From the NCBI RefSeq assembly GCF_006345805.1, contig NC_043008.1, positions 45,198,001 through 45,262,000 on the forward strand: 64,000 nucleotides of DNA, read 5' to 3'. The notes beneath the pieces were generated by a model, which ran no database searches, had not been told where the DNA came from, and worked only from the letters and a program-made list of their open reading frames with translations. Below, piece by piece: positions 1 to 12,072 of the stretch. The DNA comes from Octopus sinensis. Lineage: Eukaryota. Every line of letters begins with the position of its first letter. Within the stretch, counting starts at the first letter, position 1. A program made the translations under genes and the position numbers.

Positions 1-51
1 GTCATGGCAATCTGAGATTCCATTCAGATTCAAGTTCTGTGGAAGGATATA

Positions 52-561
52 TCTATATATATAAAACTGTAGTTGTGTGAGTGTCTGTCTCCTTCGATTT
101 AGATTCATAACTACTCCCACATTTTGCGGTGCAGTTTAACCAAATTCGGGTATCTTATAGTCGTGATTTATATCGAGCCCGTCTGAGTATTAGCGCGCGT
201 CTACGATGAGTCTACGATTTTAAAAATAATTTAACATCATTTTTTATTCCATTTTAATGCATAATTTTTCGTGTGTCAATGGCGGCGGAGTTGGCGTCCA
301 CGCTCACAGCTGCACCTGTTTGCTTCTCCCCCTTCCCTCCCTCGTGAAGCTGTGGGGAAGGGAGTGTAAGGAAATCAACGTCGTAATGCGTTGTCAAGGA
401 GACCAGCGTTCTTTTAGAACAACGACTTCATGGCTTGAAGACACCAAAACAGAAATGGCTAAGAAAGCCCGAATTGGCATCTATAAGGGAAGTAACTCTC
501 TAAAAATGCTTATATAGTTATTTCCCTTACAAACCCGAGCAACGCCGGGTGATACTGCTAG
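52..561 (+). mobile_element. Non-autonomous Helitron-like element, copy 1
   Basis: 5' TC, 3' CTAG, between A51 and T562; GC hairpin CCCG(A)GC-AAC-GC-CGGG at 534-549; 510 bp, near-identical to 2471-2980. Confidence 0.8.
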
Positions 562-1348
562 TTCTACAATACAATTTCATCAGTTCTGGGATGTGGGAAA
601 TTGGGTCACATCGCTACTACTGTAATCATTTGGTCGAAGGTACACGAAGAAAGGTGTAAAGTTTAGGACTGACCATTGTAGTCAGGAGTGGTGGTCGTAC
701 AGAAAATTTCTATGAAATGTTGGACAGAAGAATTTTTCTACCCAAGGACAAAGTAGCGAATGGTTGGAATTATCTGGTGAATGGATGGTTTCGGTAGTTC
801 CTGCGAATCCAGTCAAAAACTCTCCGCAATGAAATCTTTTCCGTAAAAGGTTTGGATTTGAGATGATTCCAGACGTGTTTCCACCTCACTTTTGGATTGT
901 CTACCAGAGGATCGCACTAAAAATCCGATGAAAATGCTGGCAAACTGTGCTTTCTTTGATCTTGTGACAATATGACCACTCAACTATTTGGAAGACCACT
1001 GAAAGGATAAGGTTCTTGTATGAAGAATCCAGATTGAGGATTTCTGTGGTGAGTCTTCAAGAAAATAAATCAAACTTCTCAGAATGAAGCATCAACTGTG
1101 TGGACATTCAACCGACAACGGCACGTCCCACAACCTTAAGTTGTAGAATATCACACAAGATCTGCTTTATCAAGTAATCCAGACACGTGCTGTGGAGTAG
1201 CACATGAATTAGATACATGCTTATGAGTATAATACAGTAAAGAATTTCGTCTGGACTATATAAAAGAGAGGCAGACCCTGGGAGAAAGTTTTTAATGATG
1301 TCAGACAGAACAAAAGGTGTAAGTAAATGGACCCATTACAACGAGATT

Positions 1349-1732
1349 GGAGGCGCAATGGCCCAGTGGTTAGGGCAGCGGACTCGCGGTCATAGGATCG
1401 CGGTTTCGATTCCCAGACCGGGCGTTGTGAGTGTTTATTGAGCGAAAACACCTAAAGCTCCACGAGGCTCCGGCAGGGATGGTGGTGATCCCTGCTGTAC
1501 TCTTTCACCACAACTTTCTCTCACTCTTACTTCCTGTTTCTGTTGTACCTGTATTTCAAAGGGCCGGCCTTGTCACTCTCTGTGTCACGCTGAATATCCC
1601 CGAGAACTACGTTAAGGGTACACGTGTCTGTGGAGTGCTCAGCCACTTACACGTTAATTTCACGAGCAGGCTGTTCCGTTGATCGGATCAACCAGAACCC
1701 TCGTCGTCGCAACCGACGGAGTGCTTCCCTAT
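1349..1732 (+). mobile_element. tRNA-derived SINE, family B (Arg-like head)
   Basis: A/B-box-like head GGCGCAATGGCCCAGTGGTTAGG...GGTTTCGATTCCC; 9-bp TSD aacgagatt (1340-1348, 1733-1741); near-identical copy at 27209-27591. Confidence 0.85.
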
Positions 1733-2470
1733 AACGAGATTTTATCAATACTACGTGTGTTCCACTTTTCAAAGTCACACACGCTTTCATGTTCAATTTA
1801 TTACTTTTATGTTTATAATAATGTAAACGAAGAATAATGTCCACTTATAAATCTATGAGCAATTTTATGTACGCAATATATTTACCTCAGCATGATATTT
1901 ATAATGCTTCTTTTATTGCAGTTTCAGTATATAAGACACGCCTTCGTTCTTGATTACGTTACCTAAATGGCATTATAGTGAGTTGAAGGCTTTCATAATG
2001 TATAAACTCATACAGGTGATTTATAAAAATAAGTAATAAATACTTTTGTTTAAGATTTTTATTGCTACGCATTTATTTTTTATCGCAGACGTTCTTCAAA
2101 GTTTTTTTTGTTTTTTCCATGTTGAACTCGAAAAATCCCCCCCCCCCCGCCTCGAAGGAGTGGCATCTCTTTAACACACTGCTACAAAAAATTTCACTAT
2201 GCAGTCATTCTCTGACTCACTCTCTCCTTCTCTCGCACAAATCCTCAGACACATGTGTGTGTCTATATATGTACACAGAGTGACCTAAGGTTTCGTATTC
2301 ACAAAGCCAAAACCTTGTGGACATGTCTTCAGACTGTGTGTGTGTGTGTGTGTAAGGATAAGCAAGTTAAGCAAGCCGATATGCAAAAATATTAAATACA
2401 TTCAATATAAAAAAATGTACATATGTTTACATATAAAAAAAGATCCAAATTACACAGAATAGAAATGATA

Positions 2471-2980
2471 TCTATATATATAAAACTCTAGTTGTGTGAG
2501 TGTCTGTCCTTTTCGATTTAGATTCCTAACTCCTCCCACATTTTGCGGTGCAGTTTAACCAAATTCGGGTATCTTATAGTCGTGATTTATATCGAGCCCG
2601 TCTGGCTATTAGCGCGCGTCAACGATGAGTCTACGATTTTAAAAATAATTTAACATAATTTTTTATTCCATTTTAATGCATAATTTTTCGTGTGTCGATG
2701 GCGGCGGAGTTGGCGTCCATGGTCACACCTGCACCTGTTTGCTTCTCCCCCTTCCCTCCCTCGTGAAGCTGTGGGGAAGGGAGTGTAAAGAAATCAACGT
2801 CGTAAAGCGTTGTCAAGGAGACCAGCGTTCTTTTAGAACAACGACTTCATGGCTTGAAGACACCAAAACAGAAATGGCTAAGAAAGCCCGAATTGGCATC
2901 TATAAGGGAAGTAACTCTCTAAAAATGCTTATATAGTTATTTCCCTTACAAACCCGAGCAACGCCGGGCGATACTGCTAG
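2471..2980 (+). mobile_element. Non-autonomous Helitron-like element, copy 2
   Basis: A|TC...hairpin...CTAG|T; 510 bp. Confidence 0.8.
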
Positions 2981-3311
2981 TCAGGAATAAAAGAGGCCGA
3001 ATAAGAGTTTTACGAGTCCAACAGCTGTTTCTGGTGGTCCAAAATAACGATTGTAAATTAATTACATCATCGGATAATACCAGCCTCCATCTTCAGGGAA
3101 GAATTTTACATTTGAGGTGTTGACAGAAAGGAGATTAGAGATTTTATATGTAAACATGTAATTTTTTTGTATCAAATGTATTTGATATTTTTTGTGTATC
3201 GACTTCGCTAACTTGCTTATTCTTACATTTACTCCTCTACATGCTCAAGTTTAAATCTCTTGAACATTAAGAAAGGTATTTCGTGCGGAGTATATCTGTC
3301 TCTCATCTACG

Positions 3312-3312
<1 letters not shown>

Positions 3313-3345
<33 letters not shown>

Positions 3346-3405
3346 TGTATGTATGTATGTATGTATGTATGTATGTATGTATGTATATATATATATATAT
3401 ATATT

Positions 3406-3473
<68 letters not shown>
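3313..3473. repeat. (ATGT)n then (TA)n microsatellites
   Basis: Direct reading. Confidence 0.95.
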
Positions 3474-3476
<3 letters not shown>

Positions 3477-4012
3477 TAGAAAAAATAAGGTATTCAGAGA
3501 TGCTTTTACAAATCACATACTTTCATCTACTCTAATAGATTCTTCAGATTTAAATTGTATGAAGGGATTTGTCTCTTTTGATAGTATTAGTGAATGGTTT
3601 GGGGTGGAGAGAGAGAGGGGGGAAACAAGAGTAATGTGGAATGTAAAGGATAAGAAAAGAGAGGAATGGAGAGATAGTGGAGGGAAAAAGTGAGAGAGAG
3701 AGTGTGTGTGTTTGTGTGTGTGTATGCGTGTGTGTGTATGTGTGTGTGCCTGTGTATCTGAAAGGAAGTGTTTTGAACAAGAGATAAAGAAAAAGAATGT
3801 TTTTAAGTAGGTGGCTGGAACAGATGCTTACTTTGGTTCAGCCAGCTCACCAGGGGGCCTGAAAGAAAAATGTTTTCAAAGTGAAAAAATGTGTTTTTTT
3901 TTACTTAATATCAATAGAAAAAAGAAGGAAAGAAAGGAAGGAAGAAAGAATGAAGAAAAAATGTGTTTATATCTATACATAGTTCTCTTGGGGAGATTCA
4001 GTGTCGCACAAA

Positions 4013-4180
4013 ATGTAACAAGGCCGGCCCTTATTTAATTACAGGTACAACTTATTTTCGCCAGCTGAGTGGAGTGGAGGAAGATGAAATAAAGTGTCTT
4101 GCTCAAGAACACAAAGCACGACCGGGTATCGAACTCAGGACGTTGCGATCGTGAGCCGAATATCCTAACCATTATTCCAC
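4013..4180 (-). mobile_element. Degenerate tRNA-derived SINE fragment
   Basis: B-box-like GAGTTCGATACC on minus strand; shares acaaggccggccctt...acaggtacaac with the family B body. Confidence 0.55.
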
Positions 4181-4264
4181 GCACACACAGAGACCACATA
4201 CACATTTAAACACACTCACCCACATAAACATACGCATACTGACACATAAACACATTTATACACG

Positions 4265-4306
<42 letters not shown>

Positions 4307-4736
4307 TAAACACACGCAGTGGTGCGTAATGATTTTAATAAGTTTTATACGCTCTAAATATAATTACTCAAGATACCCCTTTCTCCCTCTCTCCCCCCCT
4401 ATACATATTTCAGCGCAATGATTAAAATATTTTCTCACAATGCTGTAATTAATTAATACGCTTCATGACGTCATGACGAAATAATATTTCTCCTACAATA
4501 ATTCATGTCTGTTTTAAGTGTTTTATTCAGGTAACCAAAGTTTGTCCGTGCGGTCTTCTTTTACTCGTCCTCCGCCAGACGCAACTGACCTGGTTAACCG
4601 AATTAACCTAGCTGACCCCGTTTGACCCAGTTAACCTGACTAACCCGGTTGATTTGGCCCTAGAAATAACGCTTCAAGACGCGACTCCTTTCAGTCACGG
4701 GTTCTCCGTTTATCAACAACCGGATAATCTACAATC

Positions 4737-4980
4737 TCTTTTACTCTTTACTCCCTTACTTGTTTCAGTCATTTGACTGCGGCCATGCCGGAGCACCACC
4801 TTTAGTCGAACAAATCGACCGCAGGACTTATTCTCTGCAAGCCTAGTACTTATTCCCGTAGCTTAGCGGTTTTGCCGAACCGCTAAGTTACGGGACGTAA
4901 ACACACCACCATCGGTTATCAAGCGATGCTGGGGGGACAAACACAGACACATAAACATATACACACACATACATATATAA
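4737..4980 (-). mobile_element. SINE family A, 3' half
   Basis: Reverse complement of the 3' half of full copies (20945-21382, 31425-31868). Confidence 0.8.
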
Positions 4981-5010
4981 TTGATAACCGATGGTGGTGT
5001 GTTTACGTCC

Positions 5011-5322
5011 CGTATCACTCAGGCTTGCGAGAAAGGAATGGCCTCCCTTTGCAAATACTCCAAAGACACAGATATTGTGTTTAGAGCCAGCTAGAAACGA
5101 AGATCTCTTGGGGCTATAAAGCTACAGTAACAACCCCCTCCCCAATGTGGTTAGCCATGATAAGATGGCTTCTATACTTTACATTATCGAGCGATTACTG
5201 TTTCAATCTCATTCTGAGATTTAATTATGCTTACTGTTCGTTTTTCGACATCAGTGGCAGACGCCATTAGAAAAACTTATATATATTTGCAAAGGAGCCT
5301 TCACTTTCATCGCTACCTGGTG
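5011..5322 (+). mobile_element. Retrozyme-like element, left part (interrupted by Tx1)
   Basis: 5013-5181 repeats 10888-11056 (5 mismatches); 5181-5322 is homologous to the 39.3 and 49.1 kb monomers; reconstructed monomer 358 nt. Confidence 0.8.
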
Positions 5323-5575
5323 TTTTTTGAATTTTTCCTCGGCGTATACCAATATTTTTCTGTTGCTGCAAATCGTTGTGTGAGTTCGTTTCCGTTTGTC
5401 TACTCTGTCGTGTTACAAGTAATATCATTGTTGAACTGTTTTTGACCCAGTAATTTTCGCCCTTCGGGGTAGAAAATTTCTGTGTGCTGTTTTGTGTGAA
5501 CTCTTAACCTGTATAGGTTATTTTTGGAAAAAAAAAAATTCTCTTGTCATTTGTGACAAGTTTGTGTTGTCTAAT

Positions 5576-7010
5576 ATGGAATTAGACTTAAGTTCAAAAA
5601 AAGACTTTCCCGAGATGGGAGAAAGTATAACAACTGTTAAACAAAAGGAAACACAGACAAAACCCAGTTTTTCAGACGCCGTAGGTGGCGAAGTCGAAGA
5701 AATGGAGGTATCAATGGAAAGATTATTCAAGTTTAGATCGCTGGTGCAAAAAAGTGGCGAAGAAACACGATTGGTACCGCCCCCCGAAACTATACAAGCA
5801 ATAAAGGAAAAAATGGTCACCTACAGGGTGTACAATATCAAGGAAAAACGAATGACCGACGTGAAAAACGAAATGGTCGAAAAGTGTATGGCTCCAATAT
5901 GGAGTAAAGTTAGTCATGTCAACCGAGGTGCAAGAAGCGCTACAGTGGAGTCGCATTTTGAAACGGCGGAAGTAGCAAGGCAAATTTCGACACAAACGTT
6001 GAAAAACGAGAGTATAATACTGCTGCCCTTATATTTAGGATGCAGAACCGCAAAAGTGACCCTAGAAGATATACCAACGGGCTACGACGTGATGTGGGCG
6101 GCAACAGCGGTCATTTTTGATGTTGAATCAAAATTGACAATTTTAAGTATGAAGAGAAAAATTGCAAAACACTGGAGAGGCCAGCAGCTGGAGATGATAA
6201 TCCAGGCGGAAAATGCGACGTTGGAAAGCCTACCAGACAGAGTCTTCGTGGGGGAGGGGCACTCCATACGAGTTTCGGTGGAAGGACGCAGGCCCAGATG
6301 TTTTAAGTGCGGGCAAAAGGGCCACGTTCGCTCCGTTTGCACAAAAAAAAATAATGCGGGCAACGCCCCCCCCCACAAAACGCTGTGAAGAACGCAGAAA
6401 GCAGCAAAGTGGAGAAAAAAGTAACGGCTGGCGAAAACAAGGAGGAAAAAATAAACAGGTCGAACTCCAAAAAGGAGGAAGACAAGAACGAAATGCAAAA
6501 TGAGAAAGGAAAGGATGAGGAAAATAATGCAACAAAAACAAATAAACAAGAAGACATGGAATTTACGAACGTGTCCAACAAAAGGAAAAAATCCATCACC
6601 CCTGACTCCCCACCCGTATCAAAAAAAAAAAACAACGCAGACGAACAAATTAAAATATTCTCCAATCCCACCCCGGCGGTACTACACTTATAGGCCAGCA
6701 CTTTAACAAACCCCACCCCCCAACTGTAAAAGGGTTTAAACCCAACGAAAAAATTATTGCATACACCACAAAGAACGTGAGAGTAGAAACATGGGTGAAA
6801 GCAAGTACGCTGATCAGGTGCTACAAAGCGACCGAGAAGGAAGCGGAGTGGCGATATGGAAGGGTCGGCGAAGAAGGATGGAAAGACAAAACCTTACAAA
6901 GCCACGTAAAAGCCGGCTTCATTAAGGATGTCACCCAGGAGGTGACAACTGGGAAATTACCCGTTAGCCGGCAGCCACACCAACCCAGAGCCCGGTGGCA
7001 ACGCCGGTGA
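5576..7010 (+). pseudogene. Tx1 ORF1 (Gag-like, zinc knuckle), frameshifted
   Basis: RPRCFKCGQKGHVRSVC (CX2CX4HX4C); continues in ORFs 6385-6693 and 6777-7010. Confidence 0.75.
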
Positions 7011-7108
7011 AACACCCAACAGCAACGGCGAGTGGGGGGGAGACAGGCAGAAAGAATCTGTCAGGCTCCCTCTCGCAACCGTGAGTAAATAATTTTCTTT
7101 TTTTCTCG

Positions 7109-10100
7109 ATGATTAAGTTAGGTTGTATAAATGTGCGTGGAATGGGATCGAAATGGAAACAGGCTTGTTTTCGTGACGACCTCATTTCACATAGAATCGA
7201 AGTAGCTATTGTTACCGAGTCCAAGATGAAGGGACCCCAAGCGTTCTCACCACTTCTCAATGGTTACGAGAAATTTTTTCTCCTAGCCGAGGGGGAGGTG
7301 CAGGCGTGGCAGTTCTTTTCAGGAAGAACTTGGACTTACAGGTAAGTACTGTCTTTTTGGACCCAGAAGGTAGGCTGGTTGTCCTAGATGTGACGCACGT
7401 GAGTAAGCAGTCCTTCAGGTTGGTGGCTGTCTACGCTCCTAACGGACGTGGGCAGACCGGTTTTTATCGGGAACTGGAGCACTTTCTAGTGACGTCCAAA
7501 ACGGTAGTCTTGGTAGGGGATTTCAACACCATTCTCGATGCGCGGGTGGATGGTGTAGGCTCGAGCGATAGGAAGGGGAATCCTGGCCTCAAGGCTCTAC
7601 TAGCGAGCTTTAATCTAGTAGACCGTTTTCGACTGGATGAGCCGAACGTTCCACAGTGGACGTGGAGTAATAACGACGGCTCACTCAGATCGTACATAGA
7701 TAGAGTATTTGTTAAGGAACGAGATAGGAATAGTGTTAGCTGTCCACAATTCTCTGTTGTGCCTTACACGGATCACAAACTTGTAACGTGTGAGGTACAT
7801 GTAGATAAATGCCATAGACAAGGTCCCGGGTACTGGAAGATGAACAAGTCTATTTTGACCTGTGAAGCTTTCCGTACCCGGATTAAGGAATTAGTACAGA
7901 GGGCATTATGTGGCACCATCATTAATAATAGATGGTGGCTCGCCCTCAAAAGAGCCATCCGTTTGGAGTCCATTAGATTTAGCAAGCAGCTAAGTTTAGA
8001 TAGGACTAGAATAGAGGGCGAATTAGTTAAGAACTTAGACGAGGCTATGGAATCTGGCTGTGCATCCGGAGTGTTGGCAGCGAGAGCGGTATTGTACCGT
8101 CACCTCTCAACGCCAAGCACGAGGGGTGTAGAGTCAGAGCTAAGTTACGTGCAGGAAAACGAGAAGGTATTAACGTTGCCGGATGGGCCCGTCGTGAGGA
8201 GAGTCAGAAGGGCAAAAAGTCCTGTATTATGTCCTTAACTGACGAGCAGGACCGCAAGATCTATGGACAGGAGGAGATGCAGAAGGTCCTTCACCAGCAT
8301 TTCGCACGGCTGTTTGAGGGCGGTGGCCCGCTCGAGCGTGGGGAGACCTTAAAGGACTTCCTAGCTGGTGGGCCTCGGCTCTCGGCAGGTGAGGCGGAGT
8401 GCTGTGAAGGATCGATCTCTCCCGCAGAGGTAGAGGGGCTATGGCCGAGTGCGCCGGGGAAAAGTCACCGGGATTGGATGGTCTACCCTATGAATTTTAT
8501 TGTTGTATGCCGGACTTGTTCGGGGACATACTGGCAAGCGTCTATGCAAACTGGCAACAGAATGGGAGGATTCCCAGCTCTGTGAGTCGGGGAGTTGTGA
8601 CGCTGGTCCAGAAAGACCCGAGCAAGGGGGACAGTATTAGTAATTACAGGCCCATAACTCTACTTAATGTAGAGTTTAAGATTTTGGCCAAGGTGTTAGC
8701 AAAAAGGTTGACGGCTGTCGTGAAGAAACTTGTCGGGAAGGCACAGACATGTGCAATCCCAGGCAGGTCGATCCAGGATAATCTTCACCTTCTCCGCTAC
8801 ACTATAGATAGGGTCGGGAAATTAGACGGCAAAGGAGGGGCATTGGTCCATTTAGACCAAAGTAAAGCGTTTGATAGGGTGGACCATCGGTACTTGGCGG
8901 CGGTTCTCGAAGCGGCTGGGCTGGGCCCTGGCTTCTGCGGGTGGATCTCAGCTATGTACAGCGGCATCAAGTCCACAGTCCAGATAAACGGTTACCTAAC
9001 GGAGCCGTTTTCGATCAAGCGTTCAGTTCGACAGGGTGCCCCTTGTCCCCGCTCCTGTATGTTTTGGCTCTTGAGCCATTGCTGCGGAAGCTGGAGAATT
9101 TGGGAGGCAACCCTAATGAAATCGGATGCGGTAAGTCTGTTTCTGCCTATGCGGATGACGTCACCCTCATCGTGTCCAACGGAACACAGCTACCTCGGGT
9201 AGTAGGTGCTCTCCATAGATACGAAGCGGTGGCAGGGGCAAAAGTTAACAGGGACAAGTCCATCGGTTTGCGCCTCGGCACCTGGAGGAACAAGCAGATA
9301 CCGTCCAGTGTTGTTGGACACTGGACGGATGGTCCTGTTAAATTGCTCGGAGTATGGTTTGGTCCAGACTCCCAGACGGAGAAGAATTGGAGCGAGGTAA
9401 CGAGCAAGGTGGATGCCATAGTACGGAAGTGGTCCGGAAGGCATCTTTCCTTGAAAGGGAGGGCGGAGGTGGCACAGATGTTTATAGCCTCTGTCGTCAC
9501 CTACCGCCTGACCGTCGTGCCTTGCCCCGATTCGTGGTTAAACAAGTTGGAACGACTTCTTTTCCGCTTTTTGTGGAAAGGAGGAAAGCCACTTGTGAGA
9601 CGCTCCGTGTGTTGCCAGGAACCGCTAAAGGGTGGACTGGGGATGCCTTGGCTAATGATGCGCAAGCATGCGTTGAGGCTGAGACACCTCTGGTGTTACC
9701 TGGAGGATGATAAGGTGTGGAGTTCGCTGGCAGAGGAATTCTTCCCGCGACCGGCCTCTATGGAGGGATTTACACCCGGACTCATTAAAGGACGTAAACT
9801 GACTTCATGGCAGAAGGAGTGCCGACAGGCACTCTGGCTGATCCACAAGATGGGTAAGGCCGGCAGCGGGAATACCACCTCGGTGTTCTATAAAGGGCTG
9901 GTAGGAGGAAAAAATGACGACGTCCTAGGAAGGGCTCTGGGGTTCGATGAGGATCAACTCTCCAACCTGTTTAAGAAGACTTTCAGGCCGGGGTATTTGG
10001 ATAATTACCAAAAATCCCTGACCTGGCAGTGCTATAGGAATGCATTACCTGTTCGCGAGAAGTTATCCAGGCACGGAATGTCAGTGCCACCGACGTGTCC

Positions 10101-10497
10101 AAGATGTGGGTTGGACGATGAAACCGTTCAACACGCTTTTGTACAATGTCGGGAGCTGTCAGGCTTGATAAGTTACGTGGAACACGTGTTGTCGCATCTG
10201 GGACGAGTACAGCTGTCGGCTGGATCTATGATTAAGATGATACCGCCAACTGGACTCTCAAAGGAAGGTAAGGCTTGTTTTTACTGTACGGTGGCAGTAT
10301 TGAAAGAGTGTGTATGGAGAACTAGAGTGGAAGGTCTAGTGAAAGGGTCCTTTATCTCTGGCCCCGGTTTGTTAAAATACTTCGGATATCATCTGAAGAG
10401 CAAGATGGGGTTGGAGAAGAGGAGCCTGCCACAGAAAGAGTATATGGAACGTTGGAAGGATGTGATGAGAAAGGTGGGTGAGAGTAGCCCAGCTTAA
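7109..10497 (+). pseudogene. Tx1 ORF2 (APE endonuclease, reverse transcriptase, C-terminal Cys/His motif), about 4 frameshifts
   Basis: INVRG, VYAPN, VGDFN, SYIDR, TDHK; NYRPITLLN, LDQSKAFDRV, GCPLSPLLY, AYADDV; CPRCGLDDETVQHAFVQC. Confidence 0.9.
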
Positions 10498-10821
10498 TCA
10501 TCGAGGAAAGGAGGGATCGGCTGCTGGGATTTATAGGCTGCCGGGTTCAAAATTGAAACTGGTACCTCCCATTACCTTTCACTGTACATAACTGTTTAAA
10601 ATAAAGAATTAATAATAAAAAAACAGAAATGAAAAGAAAACATACGCACTAAAAGTTCTCGTGATAAAGGCAAAAGTAAGCCAAGGTTTCGTTTCAAGTT
10701 ACATAAAATTTTAATTTTGTAATTTTTATAATTTCATTCGAACTCGCATAGCATTTTTGTAATTGTTTTGTCCTGTAATGTACCCATTCTATGTTAGATC
10801 TATTGATCATAATAAAGAAAA

Positions 10822-11052
10822 TTTCATCGCTACCTGGTGGTTACCGCCCGTTGACGAGGGACAACCATCCCGAAACTAGTTCGAGCGTATCACTCAGGCT
10901 TGCGAGGAAGGGATGGCCTCCCTTTGCAAATACTCCAAAGACACAGATATTGTGTTTAGAGCCAGCTAGAGACGAAGATCTCTTGGGGCTATAAAGCTAC
11001 AGTAACAATCCTCTCCCCAATGTGGTTAGCCATGATAAGATGGCTTCTATAC

Positions 11053-11056
<4 letters not shown>
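10822..11056 (+). mobile_element. Retrozyme-like element, right part
   Basis: Resumes at the TSD, contains the hammerhead motif, then the 169-bp redundancy ending at a (TA)n tract. Confidence 0.8.
10845..10887 (+). ncRNA. Type I hammerhead-like motif (U3-G8 core)
   Basis: cgcccg-TTGACGA-ggga/caacca/tccc-GAA-actagt(palindrome)-T-cgagcg; helix I has one C-A mismatch. Confidence 0.7.
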
Positions 11057-11144
<88 letters not shown>

Positions 11145-11430
11145 ATATATATATATATATATAATATATATATATATGTGTGTGTGTGTTTGTTTGTGGG
11201 TGTGGGTGTATTTGTGTGTCTGTGTTTGTTCCCCACCATCGCTTGACAACCGATGCTGGTGTGTTTACGTCCCCCGTAAATTATCGGTCCGCAAAAGAGA
11301 CCGATAGATTAAGTCCTAGGCTGACAAAGAATAAAATCCTGAGGTTGATACGCTCGACTAACACCCCTTGTAAGTGGCGCTCCAGTACGGCCACACTCAG
11401 ATGACTGAAACAAGTGAAAGGAACAATAAA
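11057..11430 (+). mobile_element. (TA)n/(TG)n plus SINE family A 3' half
   Basis: Matches the 3' half of full family A copies. Confidence 0.75.
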
Positions 11431-12072
11431 AAAATAAATCAGTGATGCAGTATATCGTGGCGGGGTAGTGGTGGGGGAGACTCTGTTACGTGCAAATAAC
11501 AGACGTGGCCTTATGTGGGGCAAGAAAGAAGAAGAAGAAGGCGAGCTTTGTTATGGTCGCTTGTTGTCCTACTAATTAAAATGAACGTCTTGTATAAAAT
11601 TTCAGAGAACAGTGAATTGTTATGAAAATGAAACCTTCTCGCTTCCTCTCCGTTCTCATTGACACCCATAGAAATCTGAGAACTAGGTTACATAACATAC
11701 GATTTCTAATCTGTTGCCTAGGTTACATGAGTAATTATTTATACAGTAAATCTAGAAAAAACTGCGTTTTGCAAAATACAATGTATTCACTTTGAAAACA
11801 CCTCTTAGCAAAAAACTCTTCGGTGGAAATGTTATTAAAACTGCAGAATTTTATATAAAGAAGAGGACCAGACACCGGCATGCCTCTGAGGTAAGAAGCC
11901 TTGCTTTCCAACTACATGATTTCAGGTTCAATCTCTCTGCTTGGTACTTCAGGTAAGTGTCTTTTACTGTAGATCCAAGCTGACCAAAACCTTGTGGAGG
12001 AATTTCGTGAACGGAAGCTGAAAGCAGCCTGTCATGTGTGCGCGCGCGCATGTGTATATATAGATATATATC

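Larger units (their letters stand above)
5323..10821 (+). mobile_element. Full-length Tx1/L1-clade LINE
   Basis: ORF1 with CCHC knuckle; ORF2 with APE, RT and Cys/His motif; ends aataaagaaaa; perfect 18-bp TSD tttcatcgctacctggtg (5305-5322, 10822-10839). Confidence 0.92.

Noticed and set aside
562-1250. Possible decayed coding sequence on the minus strand
   Set aside because: Multiple stops in the frames I translated and no motif I could assign
1349-1420. tRNA-Arg gene (and other tRNA-like heads in the window)
   Set aside because: No acceptor stem; each continues into a SINE body, some with TSDs
257-2936. Near-identical 86-aa ORFs at 257-517 and 2676-2936 as a duplicated gene
   Set aside because: Both lie inside non-autonomous Helitron copies, have no recognisable domain, and are absent from copy 3
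4463-4476. 14-bp palindrome containing a CRE site (TGACGTCA)
   Set aside because: No gene or promoter context, and short palindromes are expected by chance
4570-4660. Degenerate 9-bp periodic stretch
   Set aside because: Stops in the frames checked, single occurrence, no interpretable structure
5013-11056. 169-bp direct repeats as LTRs of the enclosed element
   Set aside because: The element is a Tx1 LINE with its own 18-bp TSD inside the repeats; the repeats are the redundancy of the retrozyme monomer
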